Shown: piece after piece, positions 29,639-42,701 of the stretch
Layout: each line of letters opens with the position of its first letter
Numbering within the stretch: the first letter of the stretch is position 1
Notes under the pieces: model-generated
The model's input: the letters and a program-made list of their open reading frames with translations, nothing else
Databases searched by the model: none
Told to the model about the DNA's origin: nothing
Program-made: the position numbers and the translations under genes
Source of the DNA: an uncultured bacterium
GTDB taxonomy: Bacteria; Babelota; Babeliae; Babelales; Babelaceae
Assembly (NCBI GenBank): GCA_963717435.1
Contig: OY970332.1
Span: forward strand, 864,001 to 928,000
Reading direction: 5' to 3'
DNA length: 64,000 nucleotides

Positions 29639-32629
29639 TTACGGATTGTAAAAAGTCAAAACTGTGAAAAATAGCCATACTACCCCCAAAGCTGGCCAAT
29701 ACAGGTAAGTTGTTATCTGGTTAAAATATCTTTCCTTTGGATGGGTAAATAATGGCGTAAGCGCCATAAGCTGGAAGACAAAAATCGCGGCATAGGCGCA
29801 GAAGAAGAAATATTCTATGTATATTATATTGCTCGATTGTACTATGCCACGCAGTCTTGGGTGCATTAAGATTACAGAGAAAAATAGTGCTGTATAAGCC
29901 GCCGCTATATTAAATTTTAAATCTAATGAGTCGTATGCGGCCATTTCGTTGGAGTTTTTAAGATATAAGTCGCTTAGTAATTTAATTAAGAACACTGTTA
30001 AGAAAATAATAATTAGCGGGATCATGTCGGTCATCAGAGGGTTGGTTGTGTTCCGTTGAAGCTGTATTTCTAAAGTTAACCCATAAGAATTATTATTTTC
30101 TTCGACGCTGTTAAGACTATATTCCATGTTGTCATATGTGTAATACGAGTGCTTGATTGTAAAATCAGCAACTTGATATTCTTGTTCAATAAACTGCTTG
30201 GCCTTCATATTTGGAATAAATATGAACGACTCTTGGGCCGCATCAGGTTCTAGCGCTATTTCCAATTTTGGTCTATCAAATGGATACTTTGAGATATCAA
30301 GATCTTGTGTAATTTCTGCATAAATATCCCAACCAACTGTAACTTGATTGCCCGACTCTTGTTCATACATTTTTCTTAGCTCAAGTTTTTTAGCCTGAGG
30401 TATTCTTATGCCGGGAGTTTTGCCCTTTTGATATTGCTCTTGTAGATGGCCCGCGATTATAATAGATTCTTTGTCTGCGCTGATATCTATCGAATAAATA
30501 TCGATACCAATAGAAACTGGTACAGGCTTTGGAAGTTGTTTTTGTACGGCACGTTGTTCGATCATATCCAAATATTTTGTAAGCTTGGCAGCGGAAGTTA
30601 TTTTTTTTGCATCTAGCCGTTCGTTATATTTATTCTGGCGAGAATTGTATAATATTGTCATTATCGCTATCAATGGCACAATGCTTGCTAAAACCAGCAA
30701 AATATTTTTTGTTCTATCGCTAATCGGATAAGTATAAAATAGGCCAACAAAGCATGAGATTAAGAATATTGTGATAAGACATATAAATATAATATTTAAG
30801 TGTCTTAATGGAATCGGCGGGGCTTTTATCTCATCTTTTAGAGCCAAATGCACAGCGGTCCACTCGGCAATCGGTATTGGTTCATACCAGACGTAAAACT
30901 CTTTTCCAGACTCAGGTTCTCTTATTAATTCCCGTCCGAACTCTTTTTTTATCGCATCAGCTATTATTTTGTTTTGTTCTGCTGAGCTAAGTGAGCCGGA
31001 CGTTTCTTGATCTTTAAGTTGATAAATAATATTAGCATTATGATTAACTATAAGATTTGTTCCCACAGATTCGCCCAAGAACGCATTAAGTTTTTTGCCT
31101 AATTCATCTGCTTTATAGTTATAGGCCAAAACGCCATCATTAAACGGTATGGCAAAAGTGACAACCTTGGTTTTGGATATCGGGTGAGTGTATGGCAGTG
31201 ACCAATATTTACCATTTGCCAATGCATACATGTACCAGTTTGCTTCTGGCATATCATACGCTTTGACTTGCGTGTAATCATAAAGATCGGCTAAATTATA
31301 TTTAACGACTCCTGAAGATGTCATGATCCAAGTTGGTGCGCCAATTTTTTTGTCGTTCTTGTAGGCTACGGTTATGCTGTCCGCATATTTACTTCTTTTT
31401 TCCAGAATTCCCCTGACACGTTCGTCTATCTGCTTTTCGTTTAGATCATAATTTTTTATTTCTTCAGCCAAGAACGTTGCCGTAAATTCTGTATTGAACA
31501 AATTTCTTTCTATCTGTTTTGTAGCGCTTTGAAGTTGTATATATGTATAGTTTTCTGTTTTTTCGTAGCTTTCTTTATATAAATTATAAATTTTATAATT
31601 TGTAAAAAATATGCCAATTACTGATCCAAAAATAACTGTCAGCAATACAAATAATACAGAATATCTAATAATATCTTTTGAATTATAATTTCTATAAAGA
31701 AAATTTATGAACCAAATTGACCAATAAACTATTACTCCAATACTAAGAATAGTTAAAATTAATAACAGATAAAAAATAGAAGACAATTTTTGTAGAGCTT
31801 CATCAATTTCAATAAATGCAACGATGTTCCAGGTGCTGTATGGCTCATAGTCCCAACTTTCTATTATAGATGCCGTACCCTTTGATTTTATTATATTTCC
31901 TATTGTTTCCTCTGATGTGATTTTGCTCAAAAGCTCTGGATGTTTTTCTTCGATATCTTTGGCACGCTTTTTGCCGCCAAAAAAACTAAATATAATTTTG
32001 GAGTTTTCATTTTCTAATTTTGTTATAATTAATCTGATATTTTTATTAATAGTTTGCTTTTTTAATGAATCCAATAAATCACTTATATTTACTTCGTTAA
32101 CAAGAACTCCACGCAGGATATTCTTAGAGTCTGTTACTGGTGTTGCAGCAAACATGTTGGGTTCAGATAAGGTAGGGTAATATTCATAAGTTGATATATC
32201 AGGAGTTAATATTGTAATAACTCTGTCAAGAACCTGGCCCAGATTTGTTATCTTGTATGGGCCTGTCGAAAAATCCATATTGTTTGGCACGGATTTATTG
32301 TTTGATATTAAAGCTTTTCTTGTATTTGAGAAAAAAATATAATTTTCCGGAATTTTAGGAATTTTATCAGTTTTGGTTGCATCTTTTCCTGTTGTGTTAA
32401 GATTTTGTTCGGCAATTTTATTTGCTGTCGTTGTTAGCTCATCAAGATGCTTTTGAAAAAATTTGTAGATGATTTCTCTTTTTTGCTCAACAATTTGCTT
32501 TAGTGTTATCTCTGTTTCTTGAATGATATTTTTTTTCTTGCTGAAATAATAAGTTATGGTCAATATGTTAATCAGCAATATTATAATCGATAAAGATATT
32601 ATCGATCTTTTTTGGTTAACTTTAAGCAT
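29639..32629 (-). CDS. Multi-TM protein with Cache-like sensor domains and a C-terminal pentameric ligand-gated ion channel-like module
   Basis: dCache-like NWYMYALANGKYWSLPY..VVTFAIPF; DISKYPFD Pro-loop, pre-M1 LQLQR-like EIQLQRN, M1 MIPLIII, four C-terminal hydrophobic helices. Confidence 0.75.
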   Translation of the reverse strand: MLKVNQKRSIISLSIIILLINILTITYYFSKKKNIIQETEITLKQIVEQKREIIYKFFQKHLDELTTTANKIAEQNLNTTGKDATKTDKIPKIPENYIFFSNTRKALISNNKSVPNNMDFSTGPYKITNLGQVLDRVITILTPDISTYEYYPTLSEPNMFAATPVTDSKNILRGVLVNEVNISDLLDSLKKQTINKNIRLIITKLENENSKIIFSFFGGKKRAKDIEEKHPELLSKITSEETIGNIIKSKGTASIIESWDYEPYSTWNIVAFIEIDEALQKLSSIFYLLLILTILSIGVIVYWSIWFINFLYRNYNSKDIIRYSVLFVLLTVIFGSVIGIFFTNYKIYNLYKESYEKTENYTYIQLQSATKQIERNLFNTEFTATFLAEEIKNYDLNEKQIDERVRGILEKRSKYADSITVAYKNDKKIGAPTWIMTSSGVVKYNLADLYDYTQVKAYDMPEANWYMYALANGKYWSLPYTHPISKTKVVTFAIPFNDGVLAYNYKADELGKKLNAFLGESVGTNLIVNHNANIIYQLKDQETSGSLSSAEQNKIIADAIKKEFGRELIREPESGKEFYVWYEPIPIAEWTAVHLALKDEIKAPPIPLRHLNIIFICLITIFLISCFVGLFYTYPISDRTKNILLVLASIVPLIAIMTILYNSRQNKYNERLDAKKITSAAKLTKYLDMIEQRAVQKQLPKPVPVSIGIDIYSIDISADKESIIIAGHLQEQYQKGKTPGIRIPQAKKLELRKMYEQESGNQVTVGWDIYAEITQDLDISKYPFDRPKLEIALEPDAAQESFIFIPNMKAKQFIEQEYQVADFTIKHSYYTYDNMEYSLNSVEENNNSYGLTLEIQLQRNTTNPLMTDMIPLIIIFLTVFLIKLLSDLYLKNSNEMAAYDSLDLKFNIAAAYTALFFSVILMHPRLRGIVQSSNIIYIEYFFFCAYAAIFVFQLMALTPLFTHPKERYFNQITTYLYWPALGVVWLFFTVLTFYNP

Positions 32630-32631
32630 TG

Positions 32632-33903
32632 CTATTTTCTCCCACTTTCCCATTTATTATTCCAATTTTTGTAAAGTTTTTCTGTAAACTCTTGCCATTC
32701 TTTTTGGCTACGTGTCCTTGGAAATGGTTCAGGTCTTACAGGTTTTCTTGATTGCCAAACAATATCAAATTTACCTGCTTTATTTATTTTCCCGATTCTG
32801 GAAATTTTCCAAGCGTGTTGATTTTCGGGATCGATAAATACAGCACCTTCAGGCGCATAAATTCCCTCGTTTTTAATTGCCTGAATAACTAAGCTCGGTT
32901 TAATGTCTTGGCAGCTATTAACAGCTTTTGCCCATAAATAGACATTAAAATAAGCCGTTTCTATTGGATCGTTAATAACTCTTGATGACCCGAATCTGGC
33001 TTTAAATTTGGCAACAAAATCTTTGTTAACTTTTGTTGCTATAGATTCAAAATAGTTGGTACATGCATAATGCCCCACCATATCATTAAGATTTAATGTG
33101 CTAATAAGATCAGCTTCATTAATAGAATAAGACATAACCGGTATATCTTTAGATTTTATTCCTGCGTTATTTAGTGTGCTAAAAAAAGCACTGTTACTTT
33201 GTCCGCTTATAGTGTTAATTATGAAATCAGGTTTTGTTTTTTTGATATTTTCTACTATGTCCTTAAAATTGGAGCTGTCCAAAACTTGATAAGATTCGCC
33301 CACAACTTCCCCGCCAACCATTTTTAGATAATCTTTTGCTGTCTCGTTGGCGCTTCTTGGGTATATGAAATCTGAGCCCACTAAGTAACATTTTTTTCCT
33401 AAATGTCTTAAGCACCAGGTTATGCTTGGTATGATTTGTTGGTTGGGAGCCGCCCCTGAATATATTATATTTGGAGAGTTTTCAAGTCCCTCATACTGAG
33501 CAGGGTACATTAGTAAATTATTATATTTTTCCACAACTTCTTTGACAGCTTTTCTGCTTGATGATGTCCAGCATCCAAATATTACAGAAACTTTATGCTT
33601 GTTAATAAGCTGCTCGGCAGCTTTGGCAAAAACTTTTTCATCAGATTTTCCATCAACAATTGTTGGTTCAAGTAATTTTCCAAGAAGCCCGCCAGATTCA
33701 TTAATTTCTTGAATCGCAAGTAAAATGCCGTTAACTATCGGCGACTCTGAGATAGCCATATTACCAGTTTGTGAGTGCAATATCCCAATATGTATCACTT
33801 CTTTGTTTACTTCTTTTTTTCTAACAATAAATAAAGTTGCGATAACAATTAAAACTAAACAACTTAAGGCTATAAAAATTTTAGTATTTATTTTTTTTTT
33901 CAT
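32632..33903 (-). CDS. UrtA/AmiC-type urea or short-amide substrate-binding protein
   Basis: IGILHSQTGNMAISE, IFGCWTSSSRKAVK, YPAQYEGLE, GAAPNQQIIP, LVGSDFIYPR, ENQHAWK, PVRPEPFP. Confidence 0.9.
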   Translation of the reverse strand: MKKKINTKIFIALSCLVLIVIATLFIVRKKEVNKEVIHIGILHSQTGNMAISESPIVNGILLAIQEINESGGLLGKLLEPTIVDGKSDEKVFAKAAEQLINKHKVSVIFGCWTSSSRKAVKEVVEKYNNLLMYPAQYEGLENSPNIIYSGAAPNQQIIPSITWCLRHLGKKCYLVGSDFIYPRSANETAKDYLKMVGGEVVGESYQVLDSSNFKDIVENIKKTKPDFIINTISGQSNSAFFSTLNNAGIKSKDIPVMSYSINEADLISTLNLNDMVGHYACTNYFESIATKVNKDFVAKFKARFGSSRVINDPIETAYFNVYLWAKAVNSCQDIKPSLVIQAIKNEGIYAPEGAVFIDPENQHAWKISRIGKINKAGKFDIVWQSRKPVRPEPFPRTRSQKEWQEFTEKLYKNWNNKWESGRK

Positions 33904-34062
33904 AGGGGCACCGCTTTTTGTAAAATCTAGATATAAAAAATTATATTAAGATATATTTAGATTACTGGGTGACTCCTGGTCAATAATTTTGGAAATTAAT
34001 TTTTTCTAGTCTCTGTTGAGTTTTTAAATTTTAACAAATTTCATAAGCAAAATAGTTTTATA

Positions 34063-34138
34063 CCCCGCTCGTCCCGAGTGTTTTTTCGCAGAAAAAATGT
34101 ATCGAGGGATGGTTTCGGTGATCACTCGGGACGAGCGG
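34063..34138 (+). repeat. Outer hairpin element (34063-34110) plus an inverted half copy (34123-34138)
   Basis: CCCCGCTCGTCCCGAGTG-TTTTTTCGCAGAAAAAA-TGTATCGAGGGAT...CACTCGGGACGAGCGG. Confidence 0.9.
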
Positions 34139-34156
34139 CTTTGCTTACCTAAGAAC

Positions 34157-35170
34157 CTAAATTTGATCAAGTTTTTCAAGTTTTGTGCAATCTGCGCATG
34201 AGATAAAAATATCACCCGAGCGGGCCGGTAAGAAATCAACAGTTTGAGAATATTCAGGGAACTGTTTTTTTAGATTTTCAAAAAGATTCAAGATGGTTAC
34301 ACTTTTGCCGCTGGCGACATTAAAAACTTCGCCCGATATTGAGTGGGCCCTAATGGCAGCTTTAAGATTGTATTCGACAATTTTACTAACTGGAACAAAG
34401 TCTCGTTGTTGTAGTCCGGTTCCAAATATAGTTATTTTTTGATTGTTTTTTAAGGCATTTTGGAATTTAACATAAACTGCGGCGTATGGGCCATCAACAA
34501 CTTGTCTTTCACCATACACATTAAAATATCTCAAGCAAACAGTATTAATCCCAAAACTCTTTTGGTATTGATCGCAATATAATTCACCTATCAGTTTGGT
34601 TACGCCATATATAGAAGTGGGCTCACATTTTAGGTCTTCGGTACAAACACCATCTTGATTTCCATATACGGCAGAAGAAGAAGAGAAGACAAAATTTTTA
34701 ACTTTATTAATTCTTGCCGCTTCTAAAATATTTACTGTCCCCTGAATATTTATATTGTAGCAGTTTAATGGTTCTGCTTGGGATCCTGGCACAGATGTGT
34801 ATGCTGCCAGATGAAAAATCGTATCGATATTTTCTGTTACTTTTTTGCAGGTATCAAAATCTGTTATAGTTTTATTTATAAACTCTATTTTGTTAATTAC
34901 TTGCTTTAAATTTTCTAATTTTCCAGTAGACAAATTATCTATTACTCTGACTTTTGCCCCAAGTTCCACCAATTTTTCAACTATATGTGAGCCGATAAAA
35001 CCTGCACCACCGGTTACCAAAACTTGTTTATTTTTATAAAAATTTTGCATTACTAGCTCGCTATTTTTTGTTTCTTTTATTTCATGTGTTTGGTTAATTG
35101 CAGATAAATTTACAATAAAACAGATTAAAAACGAAAATATATTTTTAAATAAAATAAAATTTTTTTTCAT
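34157..35170 (-). CDS. NAD-dependent nucleotide-sugar epimerase/dehydratase (extended SDR)
   Basis: VTGGAGFIGSH, FHLAA, SSSSAVYG, YGVTK, LRYFNVYG. Confidence 0.92.
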   Translation of the reverse strand: MKKNFILFKNIFSFLICFIVNLSAINQTHEIKETKNSELVMQNFYKNKQVLVTGGAGFIGSHIVEKLVELGAKVRVIDNLSTGKLENLKQVINKIEFINKTITDFDTCKKVTENIDTIFHLAAYTSVPGSQAEPLNCYNINIQGTVNILEAARINKVKNFVFSSSSAVYGNQDGVCTEDLKCEPTSIYGVTKLIGELYCDQYQKSFGINTVCLRYFNVYGERQVVDGPYAAVYVKFQNALKNNQKITIFGTGLQQRDFVPVSKIVEYNLKAAIRAHSISGEVFNVASGKSVTILNLFENLKKQFPEYSQTVDFLPARSGDIFISCADCTKLEKLDQI

Positions 35171-35204
35171 AAAAATCCCAACTATTTAGTAAATTTAGAA
35201 AATT

Positions 35205-36575
35205 TTATTGTGCGGTTTCGATCTGTCTTTTAGGTATATATATTTTTTCAAGTGCCATAATCTCGTCAGTTTTATTTTCATGTAAAACTAAGCTATCAAC
35301 AACATTTTTGCCATCAAGAATAGCCTCTTGCATGCTAGAATATTTCCAGGCACCGTATCTGCCAACTGAATATATATTATTCTCTTCTAGCCGCTTAAAT
35401 ATATTATTTAAATTATTATCTCGCCAGTGGTTATAAATAACATAAGCATTTTTAATATAAATAACTTTTTCTGTTGCAATTTCATCAGGGGAAATTTTAA
35501 ATAATTTTAGTGCTTCTTGTCTTGTGTGCTCAAGCATCTGGGAAACTACTTTTTTTGATTTATTTAAATGTGAAAATTCGCCATATAATGAGCTGTGCCC
35601 AGCAGGGGCCATGTTATTAGAAAAATTGTGCCAGAAGCCGATTCTATAAAACGGATATTTTGTTTCTGGGTAATATATCCAGTGCTTATCTGAAAGATTT
35701 TCTCTTTTTATGCCCAAGTTAAAATTAACAACAGAATTACAAAGTAATTTGCTTTTAATAGTTTTTAAGCTCATGTCACTGGGTTCTATAGAATTTTCGA
35801 TAAAACTATCTAATGGCATAGTGGTTATTAATTGGTCATATTTTTCATGATGCCCGTTTGAGAATATAACAATTTTTTCTTTAATATTTATAGATTTAAC
35901 TTCATAGCCACTATATACGGGGTTAATTAATTGCTCGTAGATTTTGTTGACCCAAAAATTAATCCCCCCAGATTTTGGGTAATAAAATTGTGAGTTATAG
36001 CCAATTTGATCTTCAGAATCTCTTATTGCGCCGCTTATTAAATCTTTTAGCGAAGTATTTGGAACAAATCTGCCGGTCCAACTTGCGCTTAGCTTTTTTG
36101 TGTTATAAGAAAATATTTTTTCTTGATATGGGAAAAAGAAATGTTCCCCAAAGCCCTGGCCAAAACTTTGTAGCACCCAGTCGTGAAAATTTTTCGGAGA
36201 AGTTTTTTTTACTTTTCTAGTTACATATTTTTCAATGCAATCTGCTATCACTTCTGGCGATTGGCCGTACAAATTAACTTGAAATGGATACTTGGTATAA
36301 ATATCTTTGTAATAAATATAAGATCTTCTGTGGATATTATTTAGATTTTCAAGCCCGACTGTATTTTCGATTATAGACTTAAAATAGTTATCGTTAACGT
36401 GCAATAAATGCCCGGTAAAATCGAACGTAAACCCATCTTGAATTACCGACCTACATAATCCCCCAGTAGTTTCTTCTTTTTCAAATATTTTGTAGTTAAA
36501 AAAACCCCTTTTTTCTAGGTGATACGCTGCTGAGAGTCCTGTTGGTCCTGCACCTATGATAACTATTTTTGCCAT
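35205..36575 (-). CDS. FAD-dependent oxidoreductase (protoporphyrinogen oxidase/UDP-galactopyranose mutase-like)
   Basis: IIGAGPTGL, GGLCRS..DGFTFDFTGH, YYPKSGG, GRYGAWKY. Confidence 0.8.
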   Translation of the reverse strand: MAKIVIIGAGPTGLSAAYHLEKRGFFNYKIFEKEETTGGLCRSVIQDGFTFDFTGHLLHVNDNYFKSIIENTVGLENLNNIHRRSYIYYKDIYTKYPFQVNLYGQSPEVIADCIEKYVTRKVKKTSPKNFHDWVLQSFGQGFGEHFFFPYQEKIFSYNTKKLSASWTGRFVPNTSLKDLISGAIRDSEDQIGYNSQFYYPKSGGINFWVNKIYEQLINPVYSGYEVKSINIKEKIVIFSNGHHEKYDQLITTMPLDSFIENSIEPSDMSLKTIKSKLLCNSVVNFNLGIKRENLSDKHWIYYPETKYPFYRIGFWHNFSNNMAPAGHSSLYGEFSHLNKSKKVVSQMLEHTRQEALKLFKISPDEIATEKVIYIKNAYVIYNHWRDNNLNNIFKRLEENNIYSVGRYGAWKYSSMQEAILDGKNVVDSLVLHENKTDEIMALEKIYIPKRQIETAQ

Positions 36576-36655
36576 AACTACTTCTTGTTTTATTTTTATC
36601 GAGCAAATTTATAATATTTTCTGCTGATATTTATAAATCGAAACGGTTCAAAAGT

Positions 36656-38041
36656 CTAGTTTCCGCCATAAGTAACTAGTAGTCTATTGGCTCCAGCAGG
36701 GACGATAAATCTAATAGATAGGGTAATCTTGAACGGGGTGCCCTTGTAGTGTCTCGCGTAATGGTTTATCGGGCTTGAGTTATAAACAAGTTTTACAAAA
36801 TGTTTGTCGACAGATGGGGCGCCGCAGCTTTCTTTTAGTTCAACGTTCAGAACTTTTCCATGTTCGCCAATTGTTAGTTCAAATGGGATAATTTTGTCGA
36901 TATATTTTTCTGATTGAACCATAGATTCATCAAGTCGTGATGCTAGTGCCAGCTCTTTGATTAACATCATACCGTTAACCTCGCCCCGCAATTGGCTCGA
37001 CATGGCGCGGCCAAGTTCGCCTCCAGACTGGCCATTATAATTTCCGGAATTTATGTTGTTAGAGCTATCAGTGCCGATTGAAATTGATCTGTCTTGATAA
37101 TCTTGTGAATATTTTTGTTCTTGCATATAGTTTTTGAACCCCTCAAGAAGCTCTTTGCCAAATATGCTACCAGATTTTTTTGGTAGCACACGTTTTTTGC
37201 CCAATACTTTTGGCTTTTTGGGTTGGTAATTCCCAGAATTTTCAGAACTAGTTTTTTGAGAATTAGTTTCTTGAGTTTTGGTATCTTTTTTAGGAGCAAC
37301 TTGTGATTTAGTTTTTTCTGATTTTATTTTTTGTTCTTGCAGTTTTTTCCACAAACTTATATCTACTTTATCTTGAATATTTGCACGTGCTTGCTCAAGT
37401 TCTTGTTTTTCTGCTTCTAATAAATCGCGAGTGCTTTCTGGGCCAACTTCAGTAACTTGTTCTATTACAGCATCTGCTTTGTCCTGAACTATAGTGGAAA
37501 GATTTTTTTCTTGTTCGATATTTTCTGCTGTATCTTCTTGATCAAGATATTCTTTGAGCATAGCTTTTTCTTTATCAAAATCTTTAATATCAGATTTTTC
37601 AGCTTCTATGTCATCAAAGCCAAATACTGGTTCACTGGGTTTTGCTGCCCCAGATTTATAACTCTGGGCTTGCGCGTTAGCTGTATTGCTCTGTGAATCT
37701 TGGTCCGAAAAACCAACAGATAAGTTTTGAGGGGAAGTTGTAGTTTGCCCCACTGACAGATTTTGAGGTTGTTGCACCTGCTGCGCCGTACCAGAAGGCG
37801 AACCTTGGGGGCTGCCCGGCATGTCAAAATAAACGGGTAGTGAACCTGAACCCCTGTCTTGTTGCGGCGTCGAAAAGAAATTTATTGTGTGATTGCTATC
37901 AAGAGAATAGAAAATTAATAAAAGCAAAATTATAAAATTTAATAATAGGGCAAGTAATAGCGCAAGCTTAAAATAGTTTTTGCTGCTACGATTATTATTA
38001 ATGCTAACTTGTAAACCCAGATCGGCTTCCATTACACTCAC
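36656..38041 (-). CDS. TonB/TolA-like membrane-anchored protein
   Basis: Single N-terminal TM; long low-complexity linker; C-terminal FELTIGEHGKVLNVELKESCGAPSVDK resembles a TonB C domain. Confidence 0.55.
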   Translation of the reverse strand: MSVMEADLGLQVSINNNRSSKNYFKLALLLALLLNFIILLLLIFYSLDSNHTINFFSTPQQDRGSGSLPVYFDMPGSPQGSPSGTAQQVQQPQNLSVGQTTTSPQNLSVGFSDQDSQSNTANAQAQSYKSGAAKPSEPVFGFDDIEAEKSDIKDFDKEKAMLKEYLDQEDTAENIEQEKNLSTIVQDKADAVIEQVTEVGPESTRDLLEAEKQELEQARANIQDKVDISLWKKLQEQKIKSEKTKSQVAPKKDTKTQETNSQKTSSENSGNYQPKKPKVLGKKRVLPKKSGSIFGKELLEGFKNYMQEQKYSQDYQDRSISIGTDSSNNINSGNYNGQSGGELGRAMSSQLRGEVNGMMLIKELALASRLDESMVQSEKYIDKIIPFELTIGEHGKVLNVELKESCGAPSVDKHFVKLVYNSSPINHYARHYKGTPFKITLSIRFIVPAGANRLLVTYGGN

Positions 38042-38075
38042 TTTCTTTCAAGCTAAGCTCAGTATTTTTCTGGTG

Positions 38076-41467
<3,392 letters not shown>

Positions 41468-41602
41468 ATTGTTCTCCCGGAACATCATATGGAATGATGG
41501 AAATAAAGAAATTATAATTACTTACAAGTATGACGTATTTGAAAATTTTTTCAATTTACAGTATTTTAAATCAAATTACTTTTTCAATTCAACTTTCTTA
41601 AC

Positions 41603-41654
41603 AATTTTTTAATATTTTTTAATATTTTTTAATATTTTTTAATATTTTTTTAAT
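41603..41654. repeat. 10-bp tandem repeat (AATATTTTTT) x4 plus partial units
   Basis: Perfect units at 41611, 41621, 41631 and 41641, immediately upstream of the tadA ATG. Confidence 0.85.
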
Positions 41655-41656
41655 AA

Positions 41657-42139
41657 ATGACAAAATTCTTCGACGCCGACAAACAGATTTTTTACATGAA
41701 TATGGCACTGAAGCAGGCCAAAAAAGCTTTGGCCAAAGATGAGGTACCGATAGGGGCCGTAATAGTTTCACCCGAAGGGGAAATTTTGGCTTCAGCTTAT
41801 AATCGGGTCGAAACCAAAAAGAGTCAAATTGCCCATGCCGAAATTTTGGCAATAACTAAGGCAACTAAAAAAATAGGGGATTGGCGTTTGGATGGCTGCT
41901 CAATTTATGTTACCCTAGAACCCTGCATGATGTGTCTGGGGTCTATAGCCCTGAGCAGAATCGAGAATATATATTATGGGGCCAAGTCACTTCTGTATGG
42001 GTATCATATTGACATTGGGGCTCTGCCCGATTTATATAAAAAGCAGATTAAACTAATTCAGTCAGGTATTTGCCAAGTCGAATCTGCGGAGATTCTGAAG
42101 AGTTTTTTTAATAAAAAAAGGAAAGACAAAATAAAGTAG
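41657..42139 (+). CDS. tadA: tRNA adenosine(34) deaminase
   Basis: EVPIGAV, AHAE, WRL, YVTLEPCMMC. Confidence 0.92.
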   Translation: MTKFFDADKQIFYMNMALKQAKKALAKDEVPIGAVIVSPEGEILASAYNRVETKKSQIAHAEILAITKATKKIGDWRLDGCSIYVTLEPCMMCLGSIALSRIENIYYGAKSLLYGYHIDIGALPDLYKKQIKLIQSGICQVESAEILKSFFNKKRKDKIK

Positions 42140-42182
42140 TAAAATTGAAGCCAAAAAAGGGTGAAATAAAAAGGGTGAAATA

Positions 42183-42527
42183 ATGATAGAAAATTTAGAC
42201 AAAATAAAAAAAAGCCTGCTGGAGCGTAAAAAAGAGCTTGAGGTAGAACTTGAGTCTCTATACAAAGAAAAGGTTTCAGATGATCAGGTTCAGGACACAG
42301 GGGATCAGGCCTGGTCCTCTAGCACAGAGGAGCTAAAAATATCTCTGCATAACGCTGAGCTTGAAGAATATAATAGAATCTTGCAGGCTCTTTCTATGAT
42401 AGATAACGGAATGTACGGAAAATGCTCAGAATGCGGGCAAAAAATAGCCGAAAAACGCCTGTTATTATATCCTAATGCAACTAGATGCCTGGTTTGCCAA
42501 GAGGCTTCTGAGCAGGGCAAGTTGTAA
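42183..42527 (+). CDS. DksA/TraR C4-type zinc-finger protein
   Basis: QDTGDQA coiled-coil tip; YGKCSECG..I..KRL..PNATRCLVCQ. Confidence 0.88.
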   Translation: MIENLDKIKKSLLERKKELEVELESLYKEKVSDDQVQDTGDQAWSSSTEELKISLHNAELEEYNRILQALSMIDNGMYGKCSECGQKIAEKRLLLYPNATRCLVCQEASEQGKL

Positions 42528-42701
42528 TATTCAGGTTCAGGGTATTTCCTAAAGAATTTTTCACAGGTTTAAATACAGGTTTTTTGGCCCGTATTTAAAC
42601 CTTTTTTAATAATATTATTGTGTTTATGGCTTAATTATTGCTATAATTCAAATAGAGTATAATATAAATTTTTTAAAGTTTTAAAAAACAAATGGAGCGT
42701 T

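Noticed and set aside
32632-33903. Complete urea ABC transporter (urtABCDE)
   Set aside because: Only the binding protein is present. The ABC pair at 13561-15346 is a DrrAB-type exporter, not an Urt importer.
37711-37772. PQNLSVG duplicated in the TonB-like protein
   Set aside because: Ordinary short duplication in a low-complexity linker.
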